Of a stretch of 32,402 nt of DNA, positions 10,987 through 18,008 are shown in pieces (within the stretch, counting starts at the first letter, position 1; each line of letters begins with the position of its first letter). The notes beneath the pieces were generated by a model that was not told where the DNA came from, made no database searches, and saw only the letters and a list, made by a program, of their open reading frames with translations. A program made the position numbers and the translations under genes. Location: positions 1-32,402 of the IMG/VR virus record IMGVR_UViG_3300017903_000532; one strand, 5' to 3'. Source of the DNA: a virus (taxonomy: Duplodnaviria > Caudoviricetes).

Positions 10987-11351
10987 TGATTGGTGTGATT
11001 GGAAAAATATTAGGGTCAGATAAAATTTTATCCAAAGGAATTGATTTAATTGACTCGATTCATACGTCTGATACTGAAATGATAGAAGCAAAGACGACTC
11101 AAAAAGTGGAGCTATTAAAAAGTTATGCACCATTTAAAATTGCTCAAAGATATCTTGCTTTGATGTTTGGTGGTACATTTTTAATATCTTTTTTTCTTGT
11201 GTTAGGAATGAGTTTATTTGGATATGGGAATACATTTGTAATTAGAGGTGTTCTTGATGATTTTTATATTGGAGAAATAATGTTATTAATTATTGGCTTT
11301 TATTTTGGCGGAGGTTTAGCTGAATCAATAAAAAGGAAACCAAAAGAATGA
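10986..11351 (+). CDS. Holin (3TM GTA-holin-like)
   Basis: Start ATG 10986; IDSIHTSD.E, R.LA hydrophobic segments and C-terminal IIGFYFGG; directly before the endolysin. Confidence 0.65.
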   Translation: MIGVIGKILGSDKILSKGIDLIDSIHTSDTEMIEAKTTQKVELLKSYAPFKIAQRYLALMFGGTFLISFFLVLGMSLFGYGNTFVIRGVLDDFYIGEIMLLIIGFYFGGGLAESIKRKPKE

Positions 11352-11797
11352 TGCTTTCAGAAAATTTTTCATTAACAGAATTATGCAAGAGTCAAACAGC
11401 TTTGCGAAAGGGCATTGATAATAATCCAAATTCTGACCATATATCGGCTTTAGGTTATTTAGCTATGAATATACTACAGCCTGTTCGCAATCACTTTGGT
11501 AAGCCTTTTACGCCCAGCAGTGGCTATCGTAGTATTGATTTATGTTTAGCAATAGGAAGTTCTGAACGAAGTCAACACGCAAAAGGTGAAGCGGCTGACT
11601 TTGAAGTTCCTAATGTATCTAATATGGAGCTTGCTCAATGGATTGTATCTAACCTTGATTTTGATCAACTTATATTAGAATATTATACTGGCGGTAATAC
11701 TGGTTGGGTTCACTGTAGTTATAAAGAATCTGGCAATCGCAAAGAAATTCTTACATTAAATAAGAAACATGGTTATCGTTCTGGATTAGTTGAATAA
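11348..11797 (+). CDS. Endolysin, peptidase M15A family
   Basis: LSENFSL.EL, SSGYRS, SQH..GEAADF, FDQLILE, GWVHCSY: Zn-binding H..D..H pattern of M15 peptidases. Confidence 0.9.
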   Translation: MMLSENFSLTELCKSQTALRKGIDNNPNSDHISALGYLAMNILQPVRNHFGKPFTPSSGYRSIDLCLAIGSSERSQHAKGEAADFEVPNVSNMELAQWIVSNLDFDQLILEYYTGGNTGWVHCSYKESGNRKEILTLNKKHGYRSGLVE

Positions 11798-12135
11798 CTT
11801 TTTTCTTTTACTTTAATATTAATACAGTTTTGACAGATAACTTTTTTCTCTCTGATAAATTGAATAAGTTTATTTGGTTTCCATTTAACATAATTATTAG
11901 CTATTTTTTTGTCTAAGTTTTCAAATGCTAAAGCTAAAGCATTAGTTTTGTATCCACAAACATGACATCCTTGTGATTCTTTGTATTTGTTAAGCCAGTG
12001 TCTGCGTCTTTTATATTTTTTGTAAGCCTTTTGTTCTCTTTCTTTTTTCTTTCGATACTGTAAATCCCATTTATCATTTCTATATTTGATAAATTTTTGC
12101 CATGATATTGTATCATTATCCTCTAAGACTCTCAT
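11773..12135 (-). CDS. HNH-like zinc-finger protein, probably degenerate nuclease
   Basis: GCHVCGY....LAL.F ... K.VICQNC scaffold with AGGAG RBS; the usual catalytic His after L.F and the His after C..NC are absent. Confidence 0.6.
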   Translation of the reverse strand: MRVLEDNDTISWQKFIKYRNDKWDLQYRKKKEREQKAYKKYKRRRHWLNKYKESQGCHVCGYKTNALALAFENLDKKIANNYVKWKPNKLIQFIREKKVICQNCINIKVKEKSYSTNPER

Positions 12136-12160
12136 CTCTTAATCTCCTTTTTACCTCTAA

Positions 12161-12176
12161 TGTTTCACGTGAAACA
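12161..12176. promoter_or_regulatory. parS: parS centromere-like site
   Basis: TGTTTCACGTGAAACA is an exact match to the canonical bacterial chromosomal parS palindrome; intergenic. Confidence 0.85.
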
Positions 12177-12181
12177 TAAAT

Positions 12182-12214
12182 AAAAAAGGGCAGAGATCGC
12201 CTAAACTCTGCCCT
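12182..12214 (-). terminator. Intrinsic terminator of the recombination operon
   Basis: Minus strand AGGGCAGAG-N10-CTCTGCCC followed by T6. Confidence 0.85.
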
Positions 12215-12252
12215 CCTACCTATGTTGGAGAACCACTTCTTCCATAGGTATG
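12182..12252 (-). ncRNA. Candidate 3'-UTR-derived small RNA with anti-Shine-Dalgarno seed UGGUUCUCC
   Basis: Hairpin TACCTATG/CATAGGTA enclosing GTGGTTCTCC, followed by the terminator; seed is complementary to early-gene leaders. No expression evidence. Confidence 0.4.
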
Positions 12253-12660
12253 TTAGAAAGGAATGTCTCCAATATCTATTTCAGATTGTGGTTCTTGTAT
12301 CTGAGTTTGTTGTTGTTCGAGTTCTTTTAGTTGTAAAGACATCCAAGCTTTTGTGTTACCATTTTCATCTTGTTTTATTTTTTTCCAACCAGCAATTCTT
12401 TTTGGCTTTGTAATTCCGCTTGCTCCTATTGGCCCACCATAGTCTGGTTTGGTTGAGCCTTCTTCTTTTTCATTTTCATACATGATACCTACTTTGTGAT
12501 ATACGTGTATAACTTTTCGCCCATCTTTTAATTGTCCTGCAATTAGAGCAATGTTTTTATCATCACCATCTACATTTAGATTGCCCTGCAAAATAAATTT
12601 TTGTTCTGGGAAAGGTGGATGTACGCTACCACGATTTGTATTATCAAATTCACTGTTCAT
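12253..12660 (-). CDS. Single-stranded DNA-binding-like protein (DUF736-like)
   Basis: G..YENEK.....PDYGG and AGWKK......WMSL motifs; acidic C-terminal DIPF tail typical of SSBs; follows ERF. Confidence 0.7.
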   Translation of the reverse strand: MNSEFDNTNRGSVHPPFPEQKFILQGNLNVDGDDKNIALIAGQLKDGRKVIHVYHKVGIMYENEKEEGSTKPDYGGPIGASGITKPKRIAGWKKIKQDENGNTKAWMSLQLKELEQQQTQIQEPQSEIDIGDIPF

Positions 12661-12742
12661 TATTTTTTTTCTCCATTAGTTTTTCAATATTATAATTTAT
12701 TCTTTTGAGTTCTGTAAGAATCTCTCTGAGTAAAGTAAGCAT
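12650..12742 (-). CDS. 30-aa peptide (not in ORF track)
   Basis: MLTLLREILTELKRINYNIEKLMEKKNNEQ; TAATG-coupled to the ERF stop and fills the gap to the SSB-like gene. Confidence 0.5.
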   Translation of the reverse strand: MLTLLREILTELKRINYNIEKLMEKKNNEQ

Positions 12743-13230
12743 TACCAATTTCCATCTTCTTCAACATGAGTTGGGCCTAATGCTTCAGCTAATGTTTGTA
12801 CTTTTGGTGATGGCTTTGATGCTTCATTACCATCATCATCTTCTGATGGCAGACCTAGCATTGATTGAAGACCGTATCGTTTTGCATAGGTAATACCGCT
12901 ACCCATTTTCTGTGGGTCTGTTGGGTCTTTGGATCGTATCAATACTCTTGATGAACGACTATCACCAGATGGTACATGTATGAGTGTTGTACGTACAAAA
13001 GTAATACCATTGCCTTCATGCCATTCAAAATCAATCTCTTGTGTAAAGCATATGCCAAACTCTTGTGCTTTTGAGGCGGCTTCAATAACTGCTTCCAAGC
13101 TTGCATAGTTGGATTTGAAGTGTGGATTTTTGCTATCTTTTTTTGCAGATACAGCAAGCTTTTGAAAGTGTAGCAATGCATTATTGAGCGAATTATTATT
13201 TGTTTTTGTTGTTTCTTTTTTAGTAGTCAT
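12742..13230 (-). CDS. erf: ERF-family ssDNA annealing recombinase
   Basis: K...NPHFKS.YASL, T.L.H.PSG and PQKMGSGITYAKRYGL...LG...EDDDGN signature. Confidence 0.92.
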   Translation of the reverse strand: MTTKKETTKTNNNSLNNALLHFQKLAVSAKKDSKNPHFKSNYASLEAVIEAASKAQEFGICFTQEIDFEWHEGNGITFVRTTLIHVPSGDSRSSRVLIRSKDPTDPQKMGSGITYAKRYGLQSMLGLPSEDDDGNEASKPSPKVQTLAEALGPTHVEEDGNW

Positions 13231-13245
13231 AAGGTTCTCCTATGT

Positions 13246-14022
13246 TTATTTTGTTGTAATGCGTAATGAGCCACGTTTATCACGCTTGATTGATAGTAGG
13301 TCGCAATATACTTCTCGTTCATTGTCTCCTACCATTTCCTTCAAGTAAGACTTAGCATTATTAAATGCTTCTGCTCCTTCTTGATATTGAATATAGTCAT
13401 GACATGCTGATATAAATTCATTGTCTCCTGTTGCATCTCTTCTGACCATATTGTTTACAGGTATTGTGTCTATTGATACAGGTAGTGGTGTTTGATACGG
13501 TTCTGTATCTTCAATTACATGTTGCCAAAACTGTTGTAGTTTTTGTTGCATTACTTTTAGATAATCTTCATCAAATGATATATGAGCGCAATCCCATTTT
13601 CTGTTACCAAATATAACAGATAACCAACATCCATTTGATTGAGCTAACCACATATAAAACTGCATTTGTGGCATATACTGACGCAAACAACTTTCCATAG
13701 TAGAGTGTTCGTTTGTATGTTTGCACTCTAGTACATCATTCTTTGTTGTTCTAACTATGGCATCGACAGTACCTTTGAGTGGTATGTCTTGCCATAGCAT
13801 TCTATATTCTTGTTGTTTATTTTTAATATCATGTAATAGATTGTAATTTTTTGAAAACCAATCAACATTAAACTGCTCTGTGTATGAGCCTAGTTGTACT
13901 GCGAGGTTATCAGATAAATCTTCTGGTTCTTTTCTACCAGTTTTGACTAGCCAAAGTTCATGCCAGTCTTTATTCATAATGACGTTCATATCTGAACCGC
14001 CAATAAATCCTTGTCTATTCAT
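13246..14022 (-). CDS. YqaJ/lambda-exonuclease-like recombination nuclease
   Basis: RQGFIGGSD, LW..KTG, G...E, TVD...LECK (PD-(D/E)xK) and Y.PQMQFYM motifs. Confidence 0.9.
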   Translation of the reverse strand: MNRQGFIGGSDMNVIMNKDWHELWLVKTGRKEPEDLSDNLAVQLGSYTEQFNVDWFSKNYNLLHDIKNKQQEYRMLWQDIPLKGTVDAIVRTTKNDVLECKHTNEHSTMESCLRQYMPQMQFYMWLAQSNGCWLSVIFGNRKWDCAHISFDEDYLKVMQQKLQQFWQHVIEDTEPYQTPLPVSIDTIPVNNMVRRDATGDNEFISACHDYIQYQEGAEAFNNAKSYLKEMVGDNEREVYCDLLSIKRDKRGSLRITTK

Positions 14023-14045
14023 TTGGTTCTCCTTTGTTTTGTAAG

Positions 14046-14092
14046 TGGGAACAGTGTCTCTCTAAAGTGTGATAGGTCTGAAACTGTTCCCA
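14046..14092. other. 10-bp stem with large loop just upstream of the exonuclease RBS
   Basis: TGGGAACAGT...ACTGTTCCCA; no U-tract. Confidence 0.6.
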
Positions 14093-14150
14093 TTCTAATA
14101 TGATTATTTTCCTTACTCAGGAACAACATATTAGAAAAACTTATCTTATG

Positions 14151-14179
14151 ATATTACTGCTACTACGCAGTAAAGTCAA
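14151..14179 (-). promoter_or_regulatory. Sigma70-type promoter with operator palindrome in the spacer
   Basis: TTGACT-N17-TAATAT; TTACTGC-N6-GCAGTAA at 14154-14173. Confidence 0.7.
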
Positions 14180-14705
14180 CCATTTTGGCAGTCAAAGCAT
14201 CGAACAATCTGGTTCTGAGTTTGATTCTCCAAAGTATATGGTCACAAAATTCTTTGTATGCAGGGAAGAATGTGCATGTCTCTGCAACTCTAGCTATAGC
14301 TGTAGCTACAATATCAGCAGGGAAATCTGATAGTTGAAGAGCCATTGCTTTTCTTTTCTTAGTATACTGTTGCTCGTTGATACCTGCTGGTTTGACAACA
14401 AGATTAGCAAGTAAATCTAACTGCGCTTCAATCTGTTTTACTGGCAGAGGTAACATAGATAATCGCACCATCTCTACAATTTTTATAGCGGTAGCTTTGT
14501 CAGGTATGTCAATATCAAAGCCTTGAAATACTTCTTCATATCCATGTGGCCCAAACTTTTCTTTTTTTCTAAACTCTAGCTTGACGTTTGGTATCTCTCG
14601 AATCTTTGCAACTAAGTTGATGTCAACTTGATTTGGATCGTTGACAGCTAGTAATCTGCGAACAGATTCAGTCTCGATTGTTGTGAGTTCTTTTTTTGTT
14701 TCCAT
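14163..14705 (-). CDS. Hypothetical protein, possibly replication/helicase-loader related
   Basis: C-terminal L.DFPADIV..AI......TFFPAYKEF helical motif resembles phage helicase loader/inhibitor-type domains; GGAGAACCA RBS. Confidence 0.45.
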   Translation of the reverse strand: METKKELTTIETESVRRLLAVNDPNQVDINLVAKIREIPNVKLEFRKKEKFGPHGYEEVFQGFDIDIPDKATAIKIVEMVRLSMLPLPVKQIEAQLDLLANLVVKPAGINEQQYTKKRKAMALQLSDFPADIVATAIARVAETCTFFPAYKEFCDHILWRIKLRTRLFDALTAKMVDFTA

Positions 14706-15030
14706 TTTGGTTCTCCTTTATCAATGGTATAATTACTTTTTCAAACACATCACCATCAAACATTATAATTGTTTTTGGTGCGCCAACTTTACGTTTATAG
14801 ATAAGCATATCACGTATTACAGTAAATGGATTAGGAAAGTTTGACTTATCTCTGTACTTTACTTCTGCCACCAATCTATTTTCTCCGATGTTGATGACGA
14901 TATCTCCGCTATATTCTCCTCCCAATGAGCCAGAGAGCGGTTGCCTTTTCGCTTTGATGCCGATTTCTTGTAGCCATTTTGTGATTTGCCTTTCGTGATA
15001 GTCTCCTTTTCTGCGATTTTTTCCTGCCAT
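14668..15030 (-). CDS. Holliday junction resolvase (archaeal Hjc-like PD-(D/E)xK)
   Basis: RRKG..HER.I...L, R.PLSG, GDI, EVK motifs. Confidence 0.8.
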   Translation of the reverse strand: MAGKNRRKGDYHERQITKWLQEIGIKAKRQPLSGSLGGEYSGDIVINIGENRLVAEVKYRDKSNFPNPFTVIRDMLIYKRKVGAPKTIIMFDGDVFEKVIIPLIKENQNGNKKRTHNNRD

Positions 15031-15197
15031 ATGTCTCTCTCATAACAGTTTGCACATATTGTATAATGTGTCGGTGGTTCGATTGTAGCTACAATACAAA
15101 CATACCAATGAGTTACGTATCCACACGCATCACACGGATACGGAACTCCTTGGTGGTTTTGTAATCTCTTTCTTATTGATTTTGATCTCAAGGCCAA
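14859..15197 (-). CDS. Putative zinc-finger protein overlapping both neighbours
   Basis: CDAC...CANC pair lies in the gap between the XRE and resolvase genes; start uncertain. Confidence 0.45.
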   Translation of the reverse strand: MALRSKSIRKRLQNHQGVPYPCDACGYVTHWYVCIVATIEPPTHYTICANCYERDIWQEKIAEKETITKGKSQNGYKKSASKRKGNRSLAHWEENIAEISSSTSEKIDWWQK

Positions 15198-15417
15198 GTG
15201 AATCTACCCAACAACAAAACATAAATGGTGATGGCAATCTATCGAAGTTCTCCCATTTGCTAATGAGAGAGTTGGCAACGCCAATCTTATCTGCCAACTC
15301 TTCTTGTGTAAGGTTCATCTCCTTACGATAGTAAACAAGTTCACGTACTAAGTTTTGAAAGTCTTTCAATTTCTTTCTCAACTTTTTGTGCTGTTTCGTA
15401 TCGTAAATCTTTACCAT
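15130..15417 (-). CDS. XRE/Cro-C1 helix-turn-helix regulator
   Basis: RKEMNLTQEELADKIGVANSLISKWEN..R.PS; exact start uncertain. Confidence 0.88.
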   Translation of the reverse strand: MVKIYDTKQHKKLRKKLKDFQNLVRELVYYRKEMNLTQEELADKIGVANSLISKWENFDRLPSPFMFCCWVDSLGLEIKINKKEITKPPRSSVSV

Positions 15418-15529
15418 GCTTTGCGCGATAATAGGTAGAGTCTCTTACACCAGCAGACACAAATGCCTTTTTGAGGTAGACATTTGCGTCTGCTGATTTT
15501 TTTTTTTTTTTTTTCATGTAACTATTCAT
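15341..15529 (-). CDS. Cro-like HTH protein, probably leaderless (62 aa)
   Basis: L..AF..AGV.DSTYYRAK.G.DLRYETA.KV resembles an HTH; ATG 15529 falls at the predicted +1 of the promoter; contains an 18-nt homopolymer. Confidence 0.65.
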   Translation of the reverse strand: MNSYMKKKKKKSADANVYLKKAFVSAGVRDSTYYRAKHGKDLRYETAQKVEKEIERLSKLST

Positions 15530-15535
15530 CCATCC

Positions 15536-15564
15536 AATATGATGCAACTATGCAGTACTGTCAA
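15536..15564 (-). promoter_or_regulatory. Promoter with imperfect operator
   Basis: TTGACA-N17-CATATT; TGC-N6-GCAGTA at 15543-15557. Confidence 0.7.
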
Positions 15565-15736
15565 CTGTCATTTTATTTTTATACATTTCTTTGTCAATTT
15601 CAGCTAATGATGTGTGTGGTATTTGTATTTTAAGATGTATAAATCCACCTGACATAGATGTAATTGTAAATGTAAATGGACAAGATTCTATCCATTCGAG
15701 TGTTTTTTTTAAGTTATCAGTTTGTACTGTTATCAT
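15548..15736 (-). CDS. Hypothetical protein (62 aa)
   Basis: ORF with GGAGAAC RBS. Confidence 0.7.
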   Translation of the reverse strand: MITVQTDNLKKTLEWIESCPFTFTITSMSGGFIHLKIQIPHTSLAEIDKEMYKNKMTVDSTA

Positions 15737-15756
15737 TTAGTTCTCCATTGTTAAGA

Positions 15757-15848
15757 AGCGGTAGCCAAACGAAAGGAAGAAACATGGCTACCGCTAATAT
15801 GAAATGATTCATTTTTATAGCAGAGTCTTATCGAATCACTTCATACTA
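15757..15848 (-). other. Two abutting intergenic stem-loops
   Basis: AGCGGTAGCCA/TGGCTACCGCT (11 bp) and a 16-bp stem 15795-15848 whose mismatches are G-U on the minus strand. Confidence 0.6.
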
Positions 15849-15899
15849 TTACTATACCATTACTTGTCAGTATAATTGACGTAGTGGGATAAAAATAAT

Positions 15900-16262
15900 T
15901 TAATTAATATTTGGTCGGTATCCTGCTTCCAATACCTGATATTTATCAGTAGGATAGTGTACGTCTGCAATCATAATCAATTGCTCTGTACCAGACCTAC
16001 CTTTTCGTTTGTTACCATCCCTGATTATTCTTCCTGCTTCTTCAAGAGGTTTGTATCTGGGTGTAATACTATGAAAGCCAACGTTACCTTCGACAGCAAG
16101 TATTTGTATAACATCATCTGATATACATCCTCTGCGTCCAAAGCTTGCGATAACATTGTATACACGTTCGAGTAATATCGAAGTCTTAACTTTCTTTGCA
16201 GACTCTTTGCTTGTTTGTGGGTCAGTAGTTCGAGCGTAAGCTGGTGTATCATTACTATTCAT
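15900..16262 (-). CDS. Winged-helix-like DNA-binding protein
   Basis: AR.TDP.TS..SA and SITPRY..L...G.I......RKGRSG..Q pattern common in phage early wHTH proteins; GGAGAAC RBS. Confidence 0.6.
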   Translation of the reverse strand: MNSNDTPAYARTTDPQTSKESAKKVKTSILLERVYNVIASFGRRGCISDDVIQILAVEGNVGFHSITPRYKPLEEAGRIIRDGNKRKGRSGTEQLIMIADVHYPTDKYQVLEAGYRPNIN

Positions 16263-16449
16263 TATAGTTCTCCTTTTGTTTTAAGTTGTCAGAGCCACAG
16301 GCACATAGTGTGCCGTAGCCCTCACATGGTTCACAAAGTTGTGATTCAAATGTTTCGATTTCACAATCTTGACAGACGAATAGTACGTCAAGATATTCTA
16401 AGGTGTGGTATTTCATCATCATACTCAAGTTGCAAATTATTTTTATCAA
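16255..16449 (-). CDS. Small Cys-rich zinc-ribbon protein (start uncertain)
   Basis: CQDC, CEPC and CAC motifs. Confidence 0.55.
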   Translation of the reverse strand: MIKIICNLSMMMKYHTLEYLDVLFVCQDCEIETFESQLCEPCEGYGTLCACGSDNLKQKENYNE

Positions 16450-16645
16450 CAGTATCTATCATATCTTTTGGAAGATTTTTTTCTTCCCATGCTAATGTTG
16501 CTTTAGATACAAAATATATATAATCAAACTTTGGATTATCTTCTGCTAGATATCTAGCAAGTTCATGTATTTTATCAGGCCATGAAAGACTAGGTGCAAT
16601 TTTAGTTGCAAGAATTTCATAGTGTCTAGCTTGAAACAATGCCAT
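16388..16645 (-). CDS. Hypothetical early protein
   Basis: 85 aa, F.ARHY..LA ... LA.DNPKFD..YF; RBS AGGAG; coupled to the upstream gene. Confidence 0.7.
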   Translation of the reverse strand: MALFQARHYEILATKIAPSLSWPDKIHELARYLAEDNPKFDYIYFVSKATLAWEEKNLPKDMIDTVDKNNLQLEYDDEIPHLRIS

Positions 16646-16866
16646 TAGTTTTTCTCCTGATTTTTTGGTGGTGTGTATGGATAATCACTTTCTAAATCAT
16701 GTCGTAATACTTCATGGAATGTTTGACTAATATTTTGTATGTCAATTTTTGCTCCATTAATTATAAATCTAAATTGTGATTGTTCTTTGTTAGCACGTTC
16801 GGCAAGTTTGTTTAGTTCAAATAATACTTGCTCAACGTGTGCAATAAATGATATAGTCTCTTTCAT
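16645..16866 (-). CDS. Hypothetical early protein (73 aa)
   Basis: Start reassigned to ATG 16866 after AGGAGAAC. Confidence 0.65.
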   Translation of the reverse strand: MKETISFIAHVEQVLFELNKLAERANKEQSQFRFIINGAKIDIQNISQTFHEVLRHDLESDYPYTPPKNQEKN

Positions 16867-16902
16867 ATTAGTTCTCCTGTGTGAGGCCATTGTTTGATAA
16901 TG

Positions 16903-16930
16903 ATACCCCAAGCTTGATTGCTTGGGGTAT
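16903..16930. other. 11-bp perfect intergenic hairpin
   Basis: ATACCCCAAGC-TTGATT-GCTTGGGGTAT after the DUF932-like stop; no clear U-tract on the minus strand. Confidence 0.6.
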
Positions 16931-16941
16931 TGTTGTTTGGG

Positions 16942-17781
16942 TTATCCTCCTATCGTTACCCAATCTGTGCGTGACAATGCTTTGGCAAAGTCTCTTTCTT
17001 TGTTAAGCGTTGTCACAATATTGTCGTTGTGTGTTACCCAATGTGTGAAGGCGTTGTATAAAGCCCATTTGGTTTTGCCAAGTGAAGCAGAATATTCCCA
17101 CCACTTTTGCATAAGTTCACTAACTCTTTTTTCATTGTATTTTTCAGTACCATTTGAACCATACTCTCTAAATGAAAATCTTCTGATAAACTCATACGCA
17201 TCTTCGTTATCAACCTTATGTTCTGTCCATTGTTTCCATAACTTACTTTCGTTAAAGAATGCAGTAAGACCTAGTTTCATTTGTCCAGTTGCATGAGATA
17301 AATTTATACCTAATGCATTACCTCTGGTGTGTTTGTATCTTGTCTTAGTAATAGTATCTGCTGTTGTCATACCATTCAAACAAAACAATCGTCTGCCTTT
17401 AGCTTCCTGTAAGAAAGCCCAGCTACCATCGTATGAATTGTAGAATAGTATTTCAAATCGTACATAGTCACCAACAGCAGGTTGAACTGTAAGGTCATCG
17501 AATATAATCTTGCCAAACATCTTTGCACCATTGTCAAATGTTTTGATATCAGTTGTGTAATCTTTTGATATGTCAGATTGATTGACAGCATCAAACATAC
17601 TATTCACAACGTCATCATGTAGAATGTATTCATACTTTGATCCATGTACACCAAGAGCTTCGTTAGTATCAGTTCGTACTAATGCTCTTGCCATAGTGCT
17701 GGGAATATTAATATCACCAGCATGTATATGTTTCATTTCAATTGGGAATGCATAGTCTTTTGTGATAGTCATGTCGTTCAT
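16942..17781 (-). CDS. DUF932-family protein
   Basis: R.DT...LGV.GS.Y...H, NSYDGS, R..C.NG and T.WALYNAFT motifs; start reassigned to ATG 17781 after AGGAGAACCA. Confidence 0.8.
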   Translation of the reverse strand: MNDMTITKDYAFPIEMKHIHAGDINIPSTMARALVRTDTNEALGVHGSKYEYILHDDVVNSMFDAVNQSDISKDYTTDIKTFDNGAKMFGKIIFDDLTVQPAVGDYVRFEILFYNSYDGSWAFLQEAKGRRLFCLNGMTTADTITKTRYKHTRGNALGINLSHATGQMKLGLTAFFNESKLWKQWTEHKVDNEDAYEFIRRFSFREYGSNGTEKYNEKRVSELMQKWWEYSASLGKTKWALYNAFTHWVTHNDNIVTTLNKERDFAKALSRTDWVTIGG

Positions 17782-17809
17782 TTGGTTCTCCTTTATGTTT
17801 GACTTTTTT

Positions 17810-17902
17810 TCACGCAAAGATAACTAGAATAGCAATCATTACCCCGAACAGCGTCAGCATGAAAGCTATTGCTGTTATCGCTTCAAGTATATTATGTATC
17901 AT
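17810..17902 (-). CDS. 30-aa single-TM peptide (not in ORF track)
   Basis: MIHNILEAITAIAFMLTLFGVMIAILVIFA; RBS GAAAGGA; first ORF after the promoter. Confidence 0.6.
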   Translation of the reverse strand: MIHNILEAITAIAFMLTLFGVMIAILVIFA

Positions 17903-17918
17903 CCTAGTATCCTTTCTA

Positions 17919-17960
17919 ACTGCATATATGCAGTATGCCATATATTCGCACACTGTTCAA
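17919..17960 (-). promoter_or_regulatory. Early promoter with operator over -10/+1
   Basis: TTGAAC-N17-CATACT; ACTGC-N6-GCAGT at 17919-17934. Confidence 0.7.
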
Positions 17961-17964
17961 GCAT

Positions 17965-17998
17965 AAAAAAAGCTCAAGTGCCTTTGGCACTTGAGCTT
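17965..17998 (-). terminator. Intrinsic terminator after the 138-aa gene
   Basis: AAGCTCAAGTGCC-AAA-GGCACTTGAGC followed by T7 on the minus strand. Confidence 0.9.
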
Positions 17999-18008
17999 GA
18001 AGGCTGTG

